From positions 384,001-448,000 of the forward strand of contig CAWHBU010000004.1 in NCBI GenBank assembly GCA_963827685.1: 64,000 bases of DNA. The letters run 5' to 3'. This DNA comes from an uncultured delta proteobacterium. GTDB lineage: Bacteria > Desulfobacterota > BSN033 > UBA1163. The translations under genes were made by a program, and so were the position numbers. Shown piece after piece: positions 60,189 through 64,000 of this stretch (position 1 is the first letter of the stretch; each line of letters opens with the position of its first letter). The notes under the pieces were generated by a model, which was not told where the DNA came from, did not search any database, and saw only the letters and a list, made by a program, of their open reading frames with translations.

Positions 60189-61439
60189 ATGATCATTCGA
60201 GGGAAAATTCCAGGAACAGAGTCTCTAACGGACATCATTGTCGAGAATGGAAGAATCATCCAAGTTTTCCCTTATCAAAAAGGAACTTCTTGTGGCCGGA
60301 ACGTGCCCCACAAGCCCCGCCTTGTAGGCGGGGTCAAGGGGCACAATATGAAAGGAAACTACCTTTCCGGGAAGCGCCGGCCTGTGGCCGGAGAGCTTCA
60401 TTTCGGCAGGGATGATCTGTATCTATGTTCAGGTTTTTTCGATCCCCAAGTGAACGGGTTTGCTGGGGTGGACTTCAATAACCCTCGTCTTTCCCGTGAC
60501 GGCCTTCATGGGGCAGCCCTCTCCTTGGCCTCCACTGGCATCACTCGCTTTCTTCCTACTCTCATCACTTCCTCTCATGAGAAGATGGTTCACCAGTTGA
60601 AAATCATTGGTGGCGCTTTGGGGAGCGATCCTCTCCTCCGGAAAATGTGTCTTGGAATCCACCTCGAAGGACCCTATATTTCTCCTGAGGAGGGACCCCG
60701 AGGAGTTCACCTTCGAAAGTTTATCCGGCCTCCTCAATGGGAAGAAGTGGAGAGGTATCAGGAAGCAAGCGATGGCCGGATCAAGTGTGTCACTTTAGCT
60801 CCGGAAGTGAAGGGAGCGATCCCTTTCATCAAGAAAGCAGCGGCCCATGGAATAGTTATTGGCATCGGACATACCAATGCCACTGAAGAGGTACTTGAGG
60901 AAGCTGTTCAGGCGGGGGCCCGTCTCTCCTGTCACCTTGGAAATGCAACCCCAAGACCTTCGTCTCTTCATCAGAATCCCATCCGAAAACAATTGGCTAT
61001 GGATGAATTAATGGTAAGCATCATCGTCGATGGAATTCATCTCCCTCCTGACGCAGTGAATGATTATGTTGGGGCAAAAGGTGTGGATCGAATCCTCCTG
61101 ACCACCGATAGCATGGCCGGAGCAGGAGCCTCTCCGGGAAGATACACATTGGGAGACTTGGAGGTGGAAGTGGGTCCTGATCGGGCAGCCCGGTCGGTGG
61201 GCACTTCTCGTCTGGCAGGTTCTACTCTCACCATGGACCGTGCCATTAGCAATGTCATGCGGTTTGCAGGAATTGATCTTGCTTCAGCGATTCAGATGGC
61301 AGCGAAAAATGCACAGAGACTTTTTCCGGAAGTGGAAGGAGAAATGATTCCAGGCCATTCTGCCGATTTAGTCCTTTTCGAATATGAAGAGGAACTGGTA
61401 GTTCGATCCACATGGATTGAAGGGGAGAAGATATTTTAG
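60189..61439 (+). CDS. nagA: N-acetylglucosamine-6-phosphate deacetylase-like amidohydrolase with a 36-aa insert
   Basis: GFFDPQVNG, FLPTLIT, HLEGPY, TLAPE, GHT, HLGN, DGIHL, LAGSTL. Confidence 0.88.
   Translation: MIIRGKIPGTESLTDIIVENGRIIQVFPYQKGTSCGRNVPHKPRLVGGVKGHNMKGNYLSGKRRPVAGELHFGRDDLYLCSGFFDPQVNGFAGVDFNNPRLSRDGLHGAALSLASTGITRFLPTLITSSHEKMVHQLKIIGGALGSDPLLRKMCLGIHLEGPYISPEEGPRGVHLRKFIRPPQWEEVERYQEASDGRIKCVTLAPEVKGAIPFIKKAAAHGIVIGIGHTNATEEVLEEAVQAGARLSCHLGNATPRPSSLHQNPIRKQLAMDELMVSIIVDGIHLPPDAVNDYVGAKGVDRILLTTDSMAGAGASPGRYTLGDLEVEVGPDRAARSVGTSRLAGSTLTMDRAISNVMRFAGIDLASAIQMAAKNAQRLFPEVEGEMIPGHSADLVLFEYEEELVVRSTWIEGEKIF
60292..60399 (-). mobile_element. Palindromic mini-element, copy 2, inserted in frame in nagA
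   Basis: Reverse complement aligns with 18403-18509; 108 bp with no stop in the nagA frame. Confidence 0.8.
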
Positions 61440-61471
61440 AAATGTGATAAGATAACCCAGATATTGCATTG

Positions 61472-61640
61472 AAAATGCAGTTGAATGTGCTTCGAAACCT
61501 TTATCAAGCGGTTCTTTACTATGTTTTATGGGTAACTGCGATATCACCTGAGGTGACTTCTTCAATGTGCTTGGAAACGCAGCAGCAACACGCGAAAAGG
61601 TTCCGCTGTAAAGGTTCTCCAGCACACCCAACTGCATTTT
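61472..61640 (-). other. Long imperfect inverted repeat; candidate structured RNA or MITE relic
   Basis: 20-bp terminal arms AAAATGCAGTTG(GG/AA)TGTGCT; inner pairs AACCTTTA/TAAAGGTT, AGCGG/CCGCT, CTGCG/CGCAG. Confidence 0.6.
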
Positions 61641-61698
61641 GGAACTTTTCTATGGAACTGGCAGGATGATTAAGGACTTTAGAAAAGGAGGATGACGC

Positions 61699-62310
61699 AT
61701 GAAATGGATTCGTTGCTTTTTGATCGTTTCTTTGACCTTTTTTGTATTGGATTGTGCCGAGGCAGGGACGTATTCTCTCAACCTTCGATATCAACCTGCA
61801 AAGGAATTGTCCTCTCTTCAAACGAAGATAGGATCCACCCTGGCTCTGGCCCCTTTTAAAGATGAAAGGCCGGAGACATTATATATCGGCCTTCATACCA
61901 ACCTTCAAGGAGATTCCAACTATTTCAAAAGCCACCCCTTTCCATTGGAAAAGGCGATCGGGGAGTCTTTATCCGGTGCCCTTTCCCGTTATGGAGTAAA
62001 AACAATTCCCATCTCCAATTGGGATGCAGAACCGGAATCTCTGAAGAATGTGGAGACCGATTCTGTGATGATGATCGAAATCAAAAGATTCTGGTCCGAA
62101 GGGAAGGCCTTTCTATTCAGAACAAATGTTAAAACCGTGGTTCAATTTGTCATCCATTTAGGGGTGAAAAAGGAAGGTAAGGTTTTCACACGAAATGTAG
62201 AAGTCGAGAAGGAAATGACGGTTGCCAGGTCCACACCGGAGAAGGTAGAGGCCATGATTAACCAAATGTTGACCGATATTTTCGATTCCTACTTTTCTAA
62301 TCCCTATTAA
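61699..62310 (+). CDS. Exported protein, YajG-like lipoprotein fold possible
   Basis: AAGGAGG RBS, N-terminal signal with Cys, LAPFKDERP. Confidence 0.7.
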   Translation: MKWIRCFLIVSLTFFVLDCAEAGTYSLNLRYQPAKELSSLQTKIGSTLALAPFKDERPETLYIGLHTNLQGDSNYFKSHPFPLEKAIGESLSGALSRYGVKTIPISNWDAEPESLKNVETDSVMMIEIKRFWSEGKAFLFRTNVKTVVQFVIHLGVKKEGKVFTRNVEVEKEMTVARSTPEKVEAMINQMLTDIFDSYFSNPY

Positions 62311-62374
62311 GAGGCCAAAGAACCTCCCCTCGCGTCAAGGGAGAGATAGTGAATGCCAAGAGGAGGTAAAAATC

Positions 62375-62620
62375 ATGAAGGTCTTTTTGTGGATAGCTTT
62401 TTTAATCCTCATCGTCGTAGCGATTTTCGCAGTTCAAAATTCAGACGCTCCCATCATTACAATAAAATTTCTCTTCTGGAGATTTGAAACCTCTCTGCTC
62501 TATATCATCTTCGGGTCAACCGGTTTGGGAATATTATTCACCCTTCTTTTTTGGATTCCAAGGGCCTTACGGGCGTCGTTTCGGTCGAAAAAGTCGAATC
62601 ATGGAATCCCTTCGACCTAG
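62375..62620 (+). CDS. LapA/DUF1049 family membrane protein, copy 2
   Basis: AIFAVQN...KFLFWRFETS; paralog of 56380-56673. Confidence 0.85.
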   Translation: MKVFLWIAFLILIVVAIFAVQNSDAPIITIKFLFWRFETSLLYIIFGSTGLGILFTLLFWIPRALRASFRSKKSNHGIPST

Positions 62621-62658
62621 CCCTTGTCTTTTGAGGCTCGACATAAGGAGCATATGGT

Positions 62659-63780
62659 ATGAAAGGGGTAAAGCTTTTTCGAGTATTAGGGGTTCAGATT
62701 TCTGTAAATTATACCTGGTTCATCGTCTTTGGGCTGATTGCCTGGAGTCTGGCCAGCGGCTACTTCCCTTCCCGTTACCCTGACCTGAGTCCCTCGGCCC
62801 ACTGGATCATGGGGTTTCTTGGGGCTTTCTTTCTTTTCCTCTGCGTTTTGGTTCATGAATTGACCCATTCTTACATTGCCAATAGAGAAGGAATGGAGGT
62901 CAAGGAGATTACTCTTTTTATCTTTGGCGGTGTCTCTCAATTGACCAAAGAACCGGAAGACCCGAGGAAAGAATTGAAAGTAGCTCTTGGAGGGCCACTC
63001 TCCAGTCTTGCCCTTGCCTTGATCTTCTGGATCCTGTCCAAAGCAACTCTCCCATCGCCTCGTCTCATTCTCCTCACCGGTCTCCTGGAGTATCTGGCCT
63101 TTATTAATCTGTCCCTGGCCGTCTTTAATCTGATCCCCGGATTTCCGCTGGATGGAGGGAGGGTTCTTCGAGCTCTCTACTGGAGAAAGACCGGCAGCCT
63201 GAAGAAGGCTACACGAATCGCCTCAGAGACCGGGAAATGGATTGGAGTGGGAATCATTCTTCTGGGGCTCTTCTGGATATTGAAGGGGAACCTCATCGGC
63301 GGGTTCTGGTTTGTTATCATCGGAATCTTTTTGCGATCCACCGCAGAAGGGGGATTCCAACAGGTTGTGATGAAAGGAGCCCTCGAAGGGGTGAAGGTGA
63401 GGGAATTGATGAGCCAGGGTGTGGTCTCGGTTCCAGCCTCTCTTCGCGTTAACCAGCTGGTGGAGGACTTTTATCTCACCCACAGACATATTACTTATCC
63501 CGTGACAGAAGGTGAATCGATTATCGGCATCGTTACCTTAAAGCAGGTGAAAGAGGTTCCACGGGATAAATGGATGGAGAAAACGGTGAGAGAAGTGATG
63601 ATGCCCATACGGGAGGAGATCATGCTCGATCCAGACGGTGAGGCAGTGGAGGCACTCCAAAAGATGATTCGGACCGGAGAGGGACGCCTCCCTGTAGTCA
63701 GAGATGGAAAGGCGTTGGGGATGATCACCCGGAGGGACATCCTCAATCTTCTCGAAATCAAGACAGATCTGGGGGAGTGA
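62659..63780 (+). CDS. Site-2 protease (M50) with CBS pair
   Basis: HELTH, FNLIPGFPLDGGR, CBS domains. Confidence 0.95.
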   Translation: MKGVKLFRVLGVQISVNYTWFIVFGLIAWSLASGYFPSRYPDLSPSAHWIMGFLGAFFLFLCVLVHELTHSYIANREGMEVKEITLFIFGGVSQLTKEPEDPRKELKVALGGPLSSLALALIFWILSKATLPSPRLILLTGLLEYLAFINLSLAVFNLIPGFPLDGGRVLRALYWRKTGSLKKATRIASETGKWIGVGIILLGLFWILKGNLIGGFWFVIIGIFLRSTAEGGFQQVVMKGALEGVKVRELMSQGVVSVPASLRVNQLVEDFYLTHRHITYPVTEGESIIGIVTLKQVKEVPRDKWMEKTVREVMMPIREEIMLDPDGEAVEALQKMIRTGEGRLPVVRDGKALGMITRRDILNLLEIKTDLGE

Positions 63781-63805
63781 TCTCAAGATTTTGGGAGAGG
63801 ATGAA

Positions 63806-64000
63806 GTGAAGTCGACGAAATGGAGCAAGGGGTTCAAAAAGAAAGGCCATCTTCTCTGGGGTGCTTTAAAAAAGTTTGATGGCGATCACGGTTTTTTTCT
63901 CTCTTCTGGAATTACTTTCAACCTCCTCATCTGTTTGATTCCCCTCATGCTCTTACTTTTAGCCTTGCTGGGCACCTACCTTTATAGTTATCGAGAAGTG
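63806..64000 (+). CDS. YihY/BrkB family protein, copy 3, 3'-partial
   Basis: LWGALKKFDGDHGFFLSSGITFNLLICLIPLMLL closely matches the N-termini of copies 1 and 2. Confidence 0.88.
   Translation, partial: MKSTKWSKGFKKKGHLLWGALKKFDGDHGFFLSSGITFNLLICLIPLMLLLLALLGTYLYSYREV

Noticed and set aside
61481-61578. Two 18-nt direct repeats ending in GAAAC, CRISPR-like
   Set aside because: Only two short units 80 nt apart, inside a larger inverted repeat; no cas genes in the window.
61368-61821. Short ORFs over the long hairpin, including one with CCCC
   Set aside because: No RBS or family resemblance; better explained by the inverted repeat.

Overview
Bacterial chromosomal window, probably from an anaerobe of the Desulfobacterota/Deltaproteobacteria type (inferred from AhbD-type heme synthesis, a GEMM-like riboswitch and a selenoprotein; not proven). 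1-8.3 kb is housekeeping DNA: PgaB-like 3' end, DUF4124, polA, a REC-GGDEF/histidine kinase pair, ahbD, hemB. Four gene junctions there carry two-armed 7-nt-periodic tandem repeat arrays. An apparently intact class D-like group II intron (8515-10346) follows, with matching EBS/IBS pairs. About 10.4-59 kb is accessory DNA: a duplicated pal-clc-yihY module, stress/envelope genes, an IS3-family element splitting a GNAT gene, gnd-zwf, and a GC-richer glycogen/phosphoketolase/H+-ATPase cluster with many truncated or internally deleted genes. The right end holds a PCYCGC-type protein with in-frame UGA plus SECIS-like hairpin (likely selenoprotein), a nagA gene carrying an in-frame 108-bp palindromic mini-element also found at 18.4 kb, and two unexplained structured non-coding segments. 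No rRNA, tRNA or CRISPR array was seen. All calls come from reading motifs by eye; no database searches were run.
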